A DNA stretch of 64,000 nucleotides from Mobula hypostoma (Eukaryota). A program made the translations under genes and the position numbers. A model generated the notes under the pieces. The model did not search any database, was not told the origin of the DNA, and saw only the letters and a program-made list of their open reading frames with translations. Positions within the stretch are counted from its first letter, which is position 1, and each line of letters starts with the position of its first letter. The stretch covers positions 108,874,001 to 108,938,000 of the forward strand of contig NC_086108.1 in the NCBI RefSeq assembly GCF_963921235.1. The letters are read 5' to 3'. Shown piece after piece: positions 13,202 to 25,505 of the stretch.

Positions 13202-14922
13202 ATGTGCGGAACCAAAAGAAATGGGGGAGATCTTAAATGTTTTTTTTTTGCGTCTGTATTTACTAAGGAAACTGGCATGAAGTCTATGGAATTAAGGGAA
13301 ACAAGTAGTGAGATCATGGAATCTGTACAGATTGAAAAGGAGGAGGTGCTTGCTGTCTTGAGGCAAATTAAAGTGGATAAATCCCCAGGACCTGACAGGG
13401 TATTCCCTTGGACCTTGAAGGAGACTAGTGTTGAAATTGCAGGGGCCCTGGCAGATATACTTAAAATGTCAATGTCTACAAGTGAGGTGCTGGAGGATTG
13501 GAAAATGGCTCATGTTGTTCCGTTATTTAAAAAAGGATCAAAAAGTGATCCGGGAGATTATAGGCCGGTAAGTTTAATGTCGGTAGTAGGTAAGTTATTG
13601 GAGGGAGTACTAAGAGACAGAATCTACAAGTATTTGGATAGACAGGGACTTATTAGGGACAGTCAACACGGCTTTGTGCATGTTAGGTCATGTTTGACCA
13701 ATCTATTGGAGTTTTTCGAGGAGGTTACCAGGAAAGTGGGTGAAGGGAAGGTAGTGGATGTTGTCTACATGGACTTCAGTAAGGCCTTTGGCAAGGTCCC
13801 GCATGGGAGGTTAGTTAGGAAAATTCAGTTGCTAGGTATACATGGAGAGGTGGTAAATTGGATTAGACATTGGCTCAATGGAAGAAGCCAAAGAATGGTA
13901 GTAGAGAATTGCTTCTCAGAGTGGAGGCCTGTGACTAGTGGTGTGCCACAGGGATCAGTGCTGGGTCCATTGTTATTTGTCATCTACATCAATGATCTGG
14001 ATGATAATGTGGTAAATTGAATCAGCAAATTTGCTGATGATACGAAGATTGGAGGTGTAGTGGACAGTGAGGAAGGTTTTCAGAGCCTGCAGAGGGACTT
14101 GGACCAGCTGGAAAAATGGGCTGAAAAATGGCAGATGGAGTTTAATACAGACAAGTGTGAGGTATTGCACCTTGGAAGGTCAAACCAAGGTAGAACATAC
14201 AGGGTAAATGGTAAGGCACTGAGGAGTGCAGTGGAACAGAGGGATCTGGGAATCCAGATACAAAATTCCCTAAAAGTGGCATCACAGGTAGACAGGGTTG
14301 TAAAGAGAGCTTTTGGTACATTGGCCTTTATTAATCAAAGTATTGAGTATAAGAGCTGGAATGTTATGATGAAGTTGTATAAGGCCAAATCTCGAGTATT
14401 GTGTTCAGTTTTGGTCACCAAATTACAGGAAAGATATTAATAAGGTTGAAAAAGTGCAGAGAAGGTTTACAAGGATGTTGCCGGGACTTGAGAAACTCAG
14501 TTACAGGGAAAGGTTGAATAGGTTAGGACTTTATTCCCTGGAGCGTAGAAGAATGAGGGGAGATTTGATAGAGGTATATAAAATTATGATGGGTATTGAT
14601 AGAGTGAATGCAAGCAGGCTTTTTCCACTGAGGCAAGGGGAGAAAAAAACCAGAGGACATAGGTTAAGGGTGAGGGGGGAAAAGTTTAAAGGGAACATTA
14701 CGGGGGGCTTCTTCACACAGAGAGTGGTGGGAGTATGGAATGAGCTGCCAGACGAGGTGGTAAATGCAGGTTCTTTTTTAACATTTAAGAATAAATTGGA
14801 CAGATATATGGGTGGGAGGTGTATGGAGGGATATGGTCCATGTGCCGGTCAGTGGGACTAGGCAGAAAATGGGCCAAAAGGCCTTTTTCTGTGCTCTAGT
14901 TTTTCTATGGTTTCGATGGTTT
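13202..14922 (+). mobile_element. CR1 LINE, 5'-truncated (RT domain + 3' UTR)
   Basis: ORFs 13190-14020, 14060-14440, 14454-14861 with [29 protein letters not shown]; short TSD CATTCT (13196-13201 / 14923-14928). Confidence 0.95.
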
Positions 14923-15094
14923 CATTCTCTGTAAATTCTAGAGTCTGTTGTGCATGGAAATGCCAGAAGATCAGCAGTTTCTGAGATACTCAAACCACCC
15001 CTCCTGGCACCAACAATCATTCCACAGTCAAAGTTACTTAGATCATATTTCTTCCCCATTCTGATGTTTGTTCTGAACAACAACTGAACCTCTT

Positions 15095-15470
15095 GACCAC
15101 AAGACCATAAGATAAAGGAGCAGAATTAGGCCATTCAGCCCATCAAGTCTGCTCCACCATTCCATCATGGCTGATCTTGGATCCCACTCAACTCCATACC
15201 CCTGCCTTCTCACCATATCATTTGATGCCCTGACCAATTGGGAAACTATTAACTTCCACCTTAAATATACGCACAGACTTGGCCTCCACTGCAGCCAGAG
15301 CATTCCAAAAACTCACTACTCTCTGGCTAAAAAAAATTCCTCCTTACCTCTGTTCTAAAAGGTTATCCCTCAGCTTTGAGGCTGTTCCCTCTAGTTCTGG
15401 ATACCCCCAAAGTAAGAAACATCCTCTCCACATCCACTCTATCTAGCCCTTTCAACATTTGGTAGGTAAT
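15095..15470 (-). mobile_element. CR1 3' fragment
   Basis: Homologous to 45159-45530. Confidence 0.75.
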
Positions 15471-15629
15471 GCATTGAGTTGCTACCCCATGACTGGCTGA
15501 TTAGATATTAGCATTAATAAGCAGGAGTACAGGTGTACCAAATAAAGTGGCCCCTGTGTGTTCCTTATTTATTTATTTTTGTGTTGATTATTTATTGCTA
15601 GGAGCTAGATGAGCACAGAATATAGAAGA

Positions 15630-16030
15630 TATACGAGGCCCTTGTTGTTCGGGGTTGACGATGGATGTTGTGTGTCAGCTGTCTACACGATACGCATGCT
15701 GGGGCAGTATGATATGCTTAGCAAGCTCATGCAACAGGCTCTCCCTCTCCACACAGCTGATGAATTCAAAGGAACGGTAGACACAGGTACAGTCTGGCAC
15801 TGCCGGCATCACAGGAGATGTCAATCAACGTTGAGCTGAACGGGGGACTGCTTAAGGGACCCCACTTCAGGATTTATCCTTGGGGTTTATCCCCCAAAGC
15901 CTTCCCCATGAGTGGGTATTGCAGCAAGGCAGCGGAGGCTTGACATCAGTTTCCCTAGATGGCCAGCCAACCACAATTCATCGAACCCCATGTGTCCCAA
16001 GCAACTGGCTTTAAGGAGCAGGTAACAGAC
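15630..16030 (-). mobile_element. Non-autonomous repeat, probably RTE-derived
   Basis: Contains the reverse complement of 11243-11445. Confidence 0.55.
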
Positions 16031-16246
16031 TCTTCAGCTCACAATGTCTGTGCAGAATGCAGTGGAAAATTAAACTAAAGCCTCTCCTGTCTGTATATGA
16101 TCCCTCTCCTTCCATTTCCTGCATGTTCTTGTTTGCCTAAGAGATTCCCAAACGCCAACTTTCATATCTGCTCTCACCACCACCTCTGGCATCTCGTTCC
16201 AGGCAGCCACCACTCTCCACTCCATGCACATCTCCCTTAAACTTTC

Positions 16247-16505
16247 GTAGCGTAGTAGTTCGCACAACGCTTTCCAGTACCAGCGACCTGGGTTCGATCC
16301 TCGCCGGTGCCTGCGAGGAGTTTATACGTTCTCCCCGTGACTGCGTGGGCTTTCTCACGGTGCTTCGGTTTCTTCCGACCATCCAAAGACGTACAGGTTG
16401 GTAGGTTATCTGGTCATTGTAAGTTGTCCCGTGATTATGCTGGGGTTAAATTGGGGGGGCATGACTCAAGGGGCTGCAAGGGCCTGCTCTGTGCTGTATC
16501 TTAAT
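16247..16505 (+). mobile_element. V-SINE-type tRNA-derived SINE
   Basis: B-box GGGTTCGATCC followed by V-domain-like GGAGTTT.TACGTTCTCCCCGTGACTGCGTGGG...TCCAAAGAC. Confidence 0.8.
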
Positions 16506-16526
16506 AGATATATAACTAAACAGATT

Positions 16527-17043
16527 AGATGTTCTACGAGTCTGTGGTGGCCAGTGCTATCATGTTTGCTGTTGTGTGCTGGGGCAGCAGGCTGAGGGTA
16601 GCAGACACCAACAGAATCAACAAACTCATTCGTAAGGCCAGTGATGTTGTGGGGATGGAACTGGACTCTCTGACGGTGGTGTCTGAAAAGAGGATGCTGT
16701 CCAAGTTGCATGCCATCTTGGACAATGTCTCCCATCCACTACATAATGTACTGGGTGGGCACAGGAGTACATTCAGCCAGAGACTCATTCCACCGAGATG
16801 CAACACAGAGCGTCATAGGAAGTCATTCCTGCCTGTGGCCATCAAACTTTACAACTCCTCCCTTGGAGGGTCAGACACCCTGAGCCAATAGGCTGGTCCT
16901 GGACTTATTTCATAATTTCCTGGCATAATTTACATATTACTATTTAACTATTTATGGTTCTATTACTATTTATTATTTATGGTGCAACTGTAACAAAAAT
17001 CAATTTCCCCCGGGATCAATAAATTATGACTATGACTATGACT
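16527..17043 (+). mobile_element. Rex1/Babar-like 3' fragment (same subfamily as 9215-10611)
   Basis: ORF 16529-16891 almost identical to 10103-10464; (TATGAC)n tail. Confidence 0.9.
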
Positions 17044-17174
17044 TGGACTATGAGCATTGGCTGTAGATTACGTGCAGGCAGAAGAGTTGTGGTTTAATTC
17101 AGTATCATGCCTGGCAGAAGTATTCTGCGCTGTTCTAGTCCATATTCTTTGACTCAGGATCTTGGAGGGGAATG

Positions 17175-17750
17175 CATAGAACGTACAAATTAAAACAGTA
17201 CAGCATAGTACAGGCCCTTCAGCCCCCAATGTTGTGCCAAACCTTTAACTTACTCTAAGGTCAATGTAAGTCTTCCTCCCACATACAGTAGCTCTCCATT
17301 TTCCTTCCTCCATGTGCCTATCTGAGAGTGTCTTCAATGTGTCTAATGTACCTGCCCCCACCACCAACCCTGACAGGGTGTTCCGTGCAGCCACCGCTCT
17401 CTGCGTAAAAAACTTACCTCTGACATATCCCTTGTACGTTCCTCCAATTACCTTTAAATTATGCCCACTTGTATTAACCATTTCCACCCCGAGAAGAAGG
17501 CGCTGACTATCCCCTCTATCAGCGCCTCTCATCTCTGTATACACCTCTATCAAGTCACCTCCTTCACTCCAGAGAGGAAAGCCCGAGCTCGCTCAACCTA
17601 TCCTCATGAGCCATGCTCTCCAGTCCACGTAGCATCCTGGTAAATCTCCTCTGTACTCTCTCTGAAGCTTCCGCAGCTCTCCTATCATGGGACAACCAGA
17701 ACTGACCAGGGATGTAAAGAGTTGCAACATTATCTCACAGCTCTTGAACT
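17175..17750 (-). mobile_element. Old CR1 3' fragment
   Basis: ORF 17245-17553 MIEVY...GKFFTQRAV. Confidence 0.8.
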
Positions 17751-18014
17751 CACACTGCTAACATTCCAGCCATTAACCTGGTAACGTAAGTGATGACTTC
17801 CAGAGTCAGATTCAGATTTATTGAGCTTGTGAGCTTTGAAACCTACAGTAAAACTGGGCGTTTGCATTAACAACCAATGCAAGCTGAGGATGTGCTATAG
17901 ACGGTGGTGGAATTGAACTCCAAACCCCAAAGCCCTGAGTTGTAATAGTGTTGTGCTAACCGCTGTGCTACTGTGGCATTCTAAAACTTCTGAACTTGCT
18001 AAGTACCTCTCTTA

Positions 18015-18280
18015 AGACCACAGGCTCATAAGACATAGGAGAAGAATTAGGCCATTCAGCCCATCGATCTGCTCCGCCATTCTGCAATGACTGATATATT
18101 ATCCCTCTCAATCCCATTCTCGTGCCTTCTTCCCGCTACCATTGATGCCTGACTAATCACCAACCTATCAAACCTGGCTTTAAATACTGTACACCTAATG
18201 ACTTGGCCTCCACATCTGTCTGTGGCAATAAATCCCATGGATTCACCACTTCCTGACTAAAGAAATTCCTCCTCATCTGA
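18015..18280 (-). mobile_element. Old CR1 3' fragment
   Basis: AGAATTAGGCCATTCAGCCCATCG 3' UTR signature in reverse. Confidence 0.7.
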
Positions 18281-19028
18281 ACCCACTCGAGTGCGGTTCA
18301 AGCCTTAACTAAAACCTCATGGCACTCGACCAAATGCAACGTTAGACTCATAAGCCAATCAATACCTTGCAAACGTAATGTCGAGAATATGCTACACAAC
18401 TGGACTAATTTAAAAAACAGCGGTCGATATTTCTCTTTTGTGATCTAATGAGATGCTTTGTGAAATAAAACTTTAATAAACCCATTAAACAGATGGGTTA
18501 ACTACTGCACTGAAACAGCAGGCAAAACAAATTTGACATGACGAGGCAGAACAAGCCCAAGTGGGAAAAATTAAGGCCCTTAAACAGCAGGCCAAACCAT
18601 GATGTGGTTGGTTTTTAATATATTTTAAGTAGGGTAATGCATTCTGTTCCACTATTTTACTGCTTTCCAGTCAGTCTCCAATTTGAACCAAATTGAGGTC
18701 ACCCAAGAACCCTGCTGACCATCTCCTCATTCGTGCCAGTCCTTCCATTCATCACTCTCCGTTCACTGACTAAAATTGTCTTACAGACTGACAGCACTTG
18801 CACAGGATCGTTAGAGGCTTCAGAGTGTTGGAGACTCATCCCAGCCCCATCAGAGGCTCAACCATACTCAGAATTGAGGACTTTCTTTAAAAGGTGGTGC
18901 CTCAGAAAGTCAGCATCCATCATTAAGGACCCTCACCATACAGTGAAATGCATCATATGCAACAAATCAAATCGATGAGGATTTGTGCTGGGGGCAGCCC
19001 ACAAACACCACCGTGCTTCCGGCGCAAT

Positions 19029-19178
19029 CAGAACATGCTTATAACTCCTTAACCATAGTTCGCAAACAGAACATGCCTATAACTCATTGACCGTAACTCG
19101 CGAACAGAACATGCCCATAACTCATTGACCGTAACTCGCAGACAGAACATGCCTATAACTCATTAACCGTAGCTCGTA
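19029..19178. repeat. 38-bp minisatellite, 4 units, inside a minus-strand V-SINE-like element
   Basis: Unit CAGAACATGCCTATAACTCATTGACCGTAACTCGCGAA starting at 19029, 19067, 19105, 19143. Confidence 0.9.
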
Positions 19179-19584
19179 CGTCTCTGGAAGGTGGGAGGAA
19201 ACCGGAACACCCGGAGGAAAGGTACACATCCATGGGGAGAACACGGGAGAACTTTCAGAGATCGGCAGGAATTGCGCCCCGGCTGCTGACTGCTATGCCA
19301 CTGCGCTGCAGAATCGTTTGTGTCCATAGCTTGGAAGGTGCTCGTTTGGATCCCCTAAAATTCATTATATAAATTCCAATGTGTCATTCCTGGGTGGGAA
19401 GAATTTCACCTTCGACATTCCTTTCCTCATCCATGCCAACAAACCCTGGTAAACAGGGCTGTAGACTCAGTCAGCTCCATCACATGCACAATCCTCCCAC
19501 CACCCAGGATATCTTCAAGAGGCGGTGGCTCACAAAGGAGGTTTCCGTCACTAAGGACCCTCACCTTCCGGAACATGGCCTTTT

Positions 19585-20406
19585 TGTGTGCATGCGCTGG
19601 TCGTGCACACAGCCTGGTACAGCCGTTCCGATCTATTCTTACTTTCTTCTTACTTTTTAATTTACGTTATTTTTTGTTTTTTTTCTCACGGTAACACGTC
19701 GAAGCTGCACCCTCTCTAACATGCTGGTAGAGAGAGTTTTATTTGGGTTTTCTTTAGCGCTGGAAATGGTTACATCCCGACACGCGGGACAGAAGCAAGG
19801 TCGCATTGTGTATTCCACAGACCAGCAAACACTGGCCGGCTTAGCGAACAGAGCAGTGGACACCCCTGCTGAAACCCGGAGGAAAACACACAGAGGGGGA
19901 TCACAAAACCAAGGAAAGAGGACTGGGTCGAGACAACAGAGACTTTTGGAGAAGAGGAGCTCAGTGGGTAATACCATTCCGGCTGACCGGAAGTGCACTG
20001 AGAGCGGTAAGCGTAAAGGAATTGGGTGCTTACTGTTCTGGCTAACAACGGATGGTGCAATCCGGGGCATATTACGATCGAGGAACGTGTTTACAGACTG
20101 GATATTGAACTTTTTACTGTTGGACTTCGGCCACATTCCACCGTGATACAACACTTGGCGGCACGGGAAGTCGTTCCTGCCTGTGGCCATCGAACGTGCA
20201 GCTCCTCCCGTGGAGGGTCAGACACCCTGAGCCAATAGACTGGTCCTGGACTTATTTTCCATCTGGCATAGTTTGCATTTTGGTATTTGAGTGTTGGGGT
20301 TCTTTTTGTTGTATTGCTATATTTACGCTCTATTCTTGGTTGGTGCGGCTGTAACGAAACCAAATTTCCCTCGGGATTAATAAAGTATATCTATCTATCT
20401 ATCTAT
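19585..20406 (+). mobile_element. Bipartite non-autonomous Rex-like retroelement (5' region + endonuclease start fused to 3' end)
   Basis: 3' part matches 10360-10490; 5' part matches the minus copy at 62770-63546; (TATC)n tail. Confidence 0.8.
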
Positions 20407-20569
20407 CTTTCCGTTACTACCATCAGAGGGGAGATACAGGAGCCTGACGACCCACAATCAGTGATTCAGAAACAGCTTCTTCTCCTCTGCCATTAGATTA
20501 CTGTTAGGTCCGTGAAACCATGAAAACCACCTCAGTATTCCTTTCTTTCACACTGTTTGTTTGTTTTTT

Positions 20570-20910
20570 GAAAGTTATAGTAATTATGACGGGTATAGAT
20601 AAGATAAACGCAAGCAGGCTTTTTGCACTGAGGTTGGGTAAGGCAAGAACAAGGTCATGGGTTGTAAGGAGAACAGGAGGGGAGCTTCTTCACTCAGAGG
20701 GTGGTGAGATTGTGGAATGAGCTGCCAGCAGAAGTGTTGGATGTGGGTTTGATTTCAACATTTAAGAGGGGTTTGGATGGGAGGGGTACGGAGGGCTATG
20801 GTCCGAATGCAGGTCGATGAGACTAGGTAGAATAACAGTTCAGCATGGACTAGGTGGGCTAAAGGGCCTGTTTCTGTGATGAAATGTTGTAAAAATCCAT
20901 GACTCCATGA
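20570..20910 (+). mobile_element. Old CR1 3' fragment
   Basis: IMTGIDKINASRLF.LR motif and 3' UTR. Confidence 0.7.
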
Positions 20911-21273
20911 GATTAAGGAGGTTCAGCTTGTCACCAAAGACTCTAGTAACCCTCTGCAAAGTACTGTTGAAAATGTCCTGGCTGCTTGCGTCATAGTCTG
21001 ATACAGCAATTCGAATGAATGTGCAGGAAGGGAAGGAGCCGCAGAAAGCTGTGGTCTGCCCAATATATTGTGATCACTTCCCTCCCTGCAGTCACATCTA
21101 CAGGAGATGCTGATCAACATCTACCATCACTATTCATCCCATGCCACCTTCTCACCGCTACCATCAGGAAAGAGGTACAGAAGCCTGAAGTCCCACATAA
21201 AATGATAGGAAAGCACAGAACAGATGGACCAAAGGGCCTGTTTCTGTGTTGTAGTGCCCTTCAGCTCGATACA

Positions 21274-21824
21274 CACCCAGTGGCCACTTTATTAGGTACG
21301 CTTGTACACCAGCTCATTAATGCAAGTATCTAATCAGCCAATCACGTGGCAGCAGCTCAACATATAAAAGCATGCAGACATGGTCAAGAGGTTCAGTTGC
21401 TGCTCAGACCAAACATCAGAATGAGGAAGAAATACGATCTAAATGAATTTGACTGTGGAATGGATTGTTGCTGCCAAACAGGGTGGTTTGAGTATCTTAG
21501 AAGCTGCTGATCTCCTGAGATTTTCGTGCACAGTTTCCAGAGTTTCCAGAGAATGGTGTGAAAAATTGTAAAAAATAACATCCGGTGAGCGGCAGTTCTG
21601 TGGGTGAAAATGCCTTGTTAATGAGAGAGGTCAGAGGAGAATGAACGGACTGGTTCAAGGCAAATAACCACTCGTTACAACAGTGGTGTGCAGATGAGCA
21701 TCTCTGAACACGTAACTCATCAAACCTTGAAGTGGAAGGGCTACATCAGCAGAAGACCATGAACACACACTCTGTGGGCACTTGATTAATTAGAAGAGGT
21801 ACCTAATAACATGGCCACTGAGTG
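21274..21824 (+). mobile_element. Internally deleted Tc1-like element (HTH only)
   Basis: TIRs CACCCAGTGGCCACTTTATTAGGTAC / GTACCTAATAACATGGCCACTGAGTG; degenerate M.KK.DL..FD.GM N-terminus. Confidence 0.82.
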
Positions 21825-22745
21825 CATACGCAGAACAAGCTTGCTGAACCATTGGGAGTTTCTAGCAGTTCGATCGGAGCTTATTGGAATTTAACTGCAG
21901 CTCCAAGGAAAACATGTGTGTTGCAGAAACGTCTGGCTTATTTTTTTTTCTCTCTTTGTGGGGTAAATACTGCGTTGTACAGCTTAATTTTTACAAAACG
22001 AAACCTTGATTCTAACAGATTTGACAAGCTGACAGTTCTGAGTGCTGATTGAAGATATCTTAAAACTGAGGCTTCAGTAAAACAGATGGTTTGGATCAGT
22101 CTTCTGTGGATGCCTTCCCTTTGTGAGCAAAAAGACCATTGAAGCATATTGTTTAACCATCACGTGATTGAGGAGCAAGTATCTTAAACAGGGAGTAGGG
22201 AAAAGTGAAAGCTGGCATGATAAGTGTGAGATCTGACTCATCTAATCCATGAAGGGATGGTCTCGGAGGGTTCTGATGACATATGGATTTTTCTGTCCGC
22301 ATTTTCTGGCAGCTTTCTTGCACCTGGCGTTGTCCGGTTGAGATAGCAGATGAGAAGAGGACAGCTGTATTCTGTTAACAAGCTTGGAGCACATTTCCCT
22401 CACAAGTGTTAAGTTAAACAATTCATTACTTTCTGTGATTGTTTCCCAGATTCTTGGCATGTCCTCTGCTTCCGCAGAACCTCCCCCATTGCACTCCCAC
22501 CGACAACGGTCTTGCCATTGATTTAATTTCTGTTTCTTCTGAATTTCTAATACCGAGCAAGCAAACTCTAGCCCCTAAGAAACCTAATTAGCAATTTGGC
22601 AAGCACAAGTAGATGGAATTTACTTAATCTTCCTGGCCACTAACAGATAGCTGTATTGATCCATTCTGATGGCTCCTATTGTTTTTGCATTTCAAAGGTC
22701 CAGGAGTCAAGAATGAGGCATAAAACTTGTTGCTTACAATCGTTT

Positions 22746-23268
22746 ATAAGACTATAAGACCTAGGAGCAGAATTAAGCCATTCAGCCCACTGAGTCTGCT
22801 CTACCATTCCAGCATGGCTGATATATTTTCCCTCTCAACCCCCACTCTTCTTCTTTTTTCCCTTAACCTTTGATGCCCTTACTAATCAAGAACCTATTAA
22901 ACTCTGCTTTAAGTATACCCAATAAATTGGCCTCCACAGATGTCCGTGGCAATGAATTCCACAGATTCATCATCCTTTGGCTGAAGATATTCCTCCTCAG
23001 CTGTTATAAATGGACATTTCTCTATCCTGAGGCCATGTCCTCTGGTCCTAGGGATATCTATCTTGGTTTTCAATATCCTTCCTCTGAATATGTGACAGAT
23101 TTCAATGAGATTCCCCCCTCCCCCATCATTCTTCTAATCTCCAGTGAGTACGTCCCAGACCATCAAGTGGTCCTCAATCATTAACCCTTTCATTCACAGA
23201 GTCAGTCTCATGAGTCCCCTCTGGACTCTGTCCAATGCCAGCACATATTTTCTTAGATAAGGGGCTTA
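22746..23268 (-). mobile_element. Old CR1 3' fragment
   Basis: Reverse CR1 3' UTR and ORF2 end. Confidence 0.7.
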
Positions 23269-23497
23269 AGCCACATTGGGTGTTGGTCTTTTAAAAAAAA
23301 TGATTCTTTCAGGTTTCTTGCTCTGTGGTTGCCTATAAGCAGACAAATCTCAAGATTATAATTTATATGTTCTGTGTTACTAAATGTACTTTAAATCCTT
23401 TGAACTAGATATCATTAGACAGTGCTAAAGCTCACTCAGGTGGAGAGACTCCATCCATTCTCTCACCCACCTCCTCTCACCATCACCCCATTCATGC

Positions 23498-24002
23498 ACA
23501 CAGGAGATTCTTGAAATGTTGGATATCCAGAGCAACACACACAATATGCTGGAGGAACTCAGCAGGTCAGGCAGCATCCACAGAGAGGAATAAACAGTTG
23601 GACATCTCGGACCAAGACCATTTATCAGGCCAGAACAGTGTTCAGTAATTGATGGGCACCTCATTTCAAGTGTTGAAAAATGTCTTTACACGATGGTAGG
23701 TTATCAAAGCTGTAGAAATGTTACAGCAGATTGGAAATGAAACAGGGTTCACTGTTGCTGAGATTAATCGTTATCTCTCTCTCTCTCACACCTCAAGGAG
23801 GCAAATCCTTTTAGCCAGCATTCTGAATAATCAAAAGTAGGCAGGGTAGGCAGGGCTGAAGTGAACGTTCCATCACTGTCACCCAGTCATGATCAAAATC
23901 ATTCAGCCCCGACGAAAGGTCTTGGCCCAAAACATCAACTGTTTATTCCTCTCCATAGAGGCTACCTGACTTTCTGAGTTCCTCCAGCAGTTTGAGTGTG
24001 CT
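23498..24002 (-). mobile_element. Inverted PLE pLTR pair enclosing ~270 bp of non-PLE cargo
   Basis: Minus pLTR+tail 23498-23632 and plus pLTR 23905-24002; probable TSD ACCCCATTCATGC / ACCTCATTCATGT (23485-23497 / 24003-24015). Confidence 0.7.
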
Positions 24003-24221
24003 ACCTCATTCATGTGCTCAGTCTCCCTCCTTCTCAGTCACGGTGACTTTGTGATTCAGAACCAGCAGCCTCCTGCCCCTTGTGATTGGCAAGTCTGCTT
24101 AGGCAGATGTTACATGTTGTCATCAGACGGTTGATCATGTCTGTGCCGATGGAGGGGGTGCCTTGAAAAACTGCCTACTGGCCTCTTCTTTAACCTGGGA
24201 CAGTCCGAATTGCTGCAAAGG

Positions 24222-24453
24222 GAGGGGAGGGAATGTCGACTCAGACCATGAGAGGCCTGCGTCGGGCATTTTCATGCCTTACAAGGCGCAGATTGGAAGT
24301 CTGTGTGGGACGCCACTCCTCGCACAGACTAGAGCAATGTGTGGTTAAGTGCCTTGCTCAAGGGCACAAACACGCTGCCACAACTGGGGCTCGAACTAGC
24401 GACCTTCAGATCACTAGACGAACGCCTTAACCACTTGGCCAGGTGCCCAACAC
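24222..24453 (-). mobile_element. tRNA-derived SINE (family A head, different 3' body)
   Basis: Same A/B-box head as 34667; TSD TGCTGCAAAGG (24211-24221 / 24454-24464). Confidence 0.85.
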
Positions 24454-24582
24454 TGCTGCAAAGGACTGATCAAATGTGATACTGATAAGAGGAGGGACAT
24501 GTCCATCGTTATATACAGTAAATGTTTAGTTACACCCCATTACCCTTCCAGAATCAGTATCAGCTTTATTAATACGGACGTA

Positions 24583-25080
24583 CAGCACTGTGCAAAAGTT
24601 TTTTATATATATATAGCTGGGATGCCTGAGACTTGTGCACAGGATTGTATTTATCAATGTGGAGCGGAGAGCAAGTTTGTAAATCTGGTAGGAGCACCAC
24701 GGGAGGGGTGTGGGACAGGTGACAGAGAAGGAGGGGGGTTAGTGCAGGTGTAGATACACCCAGCCCTAAGATAACAAGTACTAGATCATTAGATTCCAAA
24801 CAACTGGTTTATTAATCATTACAGGTTGTATCTCTGGTGCTTCCCACTCCCTCCCCTCCCCTTTCCCCTTTTCCCAAACATTATTCCCCTCTCCCTGACC
24901 CCTTCCCACTCTCAGTCTACAATAGAGACCCATATCAGAATCAGGTTTATCATCATGAAATTTGTTTTCTTTTTCGGCAACAGTATTTTAAATACTGTAG
25001 AATTTAAAATTACTACAGTACTGTGCAAAAGTCAGAGGCGTTCCAGCTAGACATAGGTGCCTAAGACTTTTGTGCAATGT
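24583..25080. mobile_element. Second copy of the composite Tc1 mini-MITE-bracketed element
   Basis: Mini-MITEs 24583-24647 and 25016-~25080; interior homologous to 3965-4363. Confidence 0.75.
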
Positions 25081-25505
25081 GTATGTTGTTACTGAGGGTC
25101 CCTAAGGATGGATACTGCTTGAAGATGTCTTCGATGCTGGGGAGGCCTGTGCCAGTCAGAATACTCTCCCCTATTGTTCTGCAGAAATTTGTTAGTCTTT
25201 GCTCACATTCATATTTCCTCAAACTCCTAATGAAGTATAGCTTTGTGGTGTCATTCAATCAAGTCATATTTATTTTCACTGATTTGTATGACATAAAATT
25301 TGTTATTTTTTGTGGCAGCAGCACACAGTGCAAGACATAAAAATTGCTAGAACTTTCAAAAATTAATAGTGCAAAAGACAAATAAGAAAGTAGTGTTTGT
25401 GGGTTCAACGTCCAATTAGAAATCTGATGGCAGAAGAGAAGAAGCTGTTCCTGAATCATTGTGTTGGTCTTCGGGCTCCTGTACCTCCTCCCTGATGGTA
25501 GCAAT

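Larger units (their letters stand above)
12909..15560 (-). mobile_element. Internally deleted Tc1-like element (DNA-binding domain only), split by two CR1 insertions
   Basis: TIR CACTCAG(T/A)GGCCACTTTATT; ORF 12889-13113 MARLVQ..SGVQKSISE.TT.RTLK.MGYSSR; same family as 21274-21824 and 37257-37803. Confidence 0.8.

Noticed and set aside
15757..15800. CTGATGA as another hammerhead or snoRNA box
   Set aside because: No correctly placed GAAA or stems, and the motif is not intact in the homologous copy near 11330
19029..19178. CRISPR-like regular repeats
   Set aside because: Units are contiguous with no unique spacers, no cas genes, and the context is vertebrate
19657..20190. 177-aa and 141-aa overlapping ORFs as a novel gene
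   Set aside because: Lie within a two-copy non-autonomous retroelement, and the frames are not conserved in the second copy
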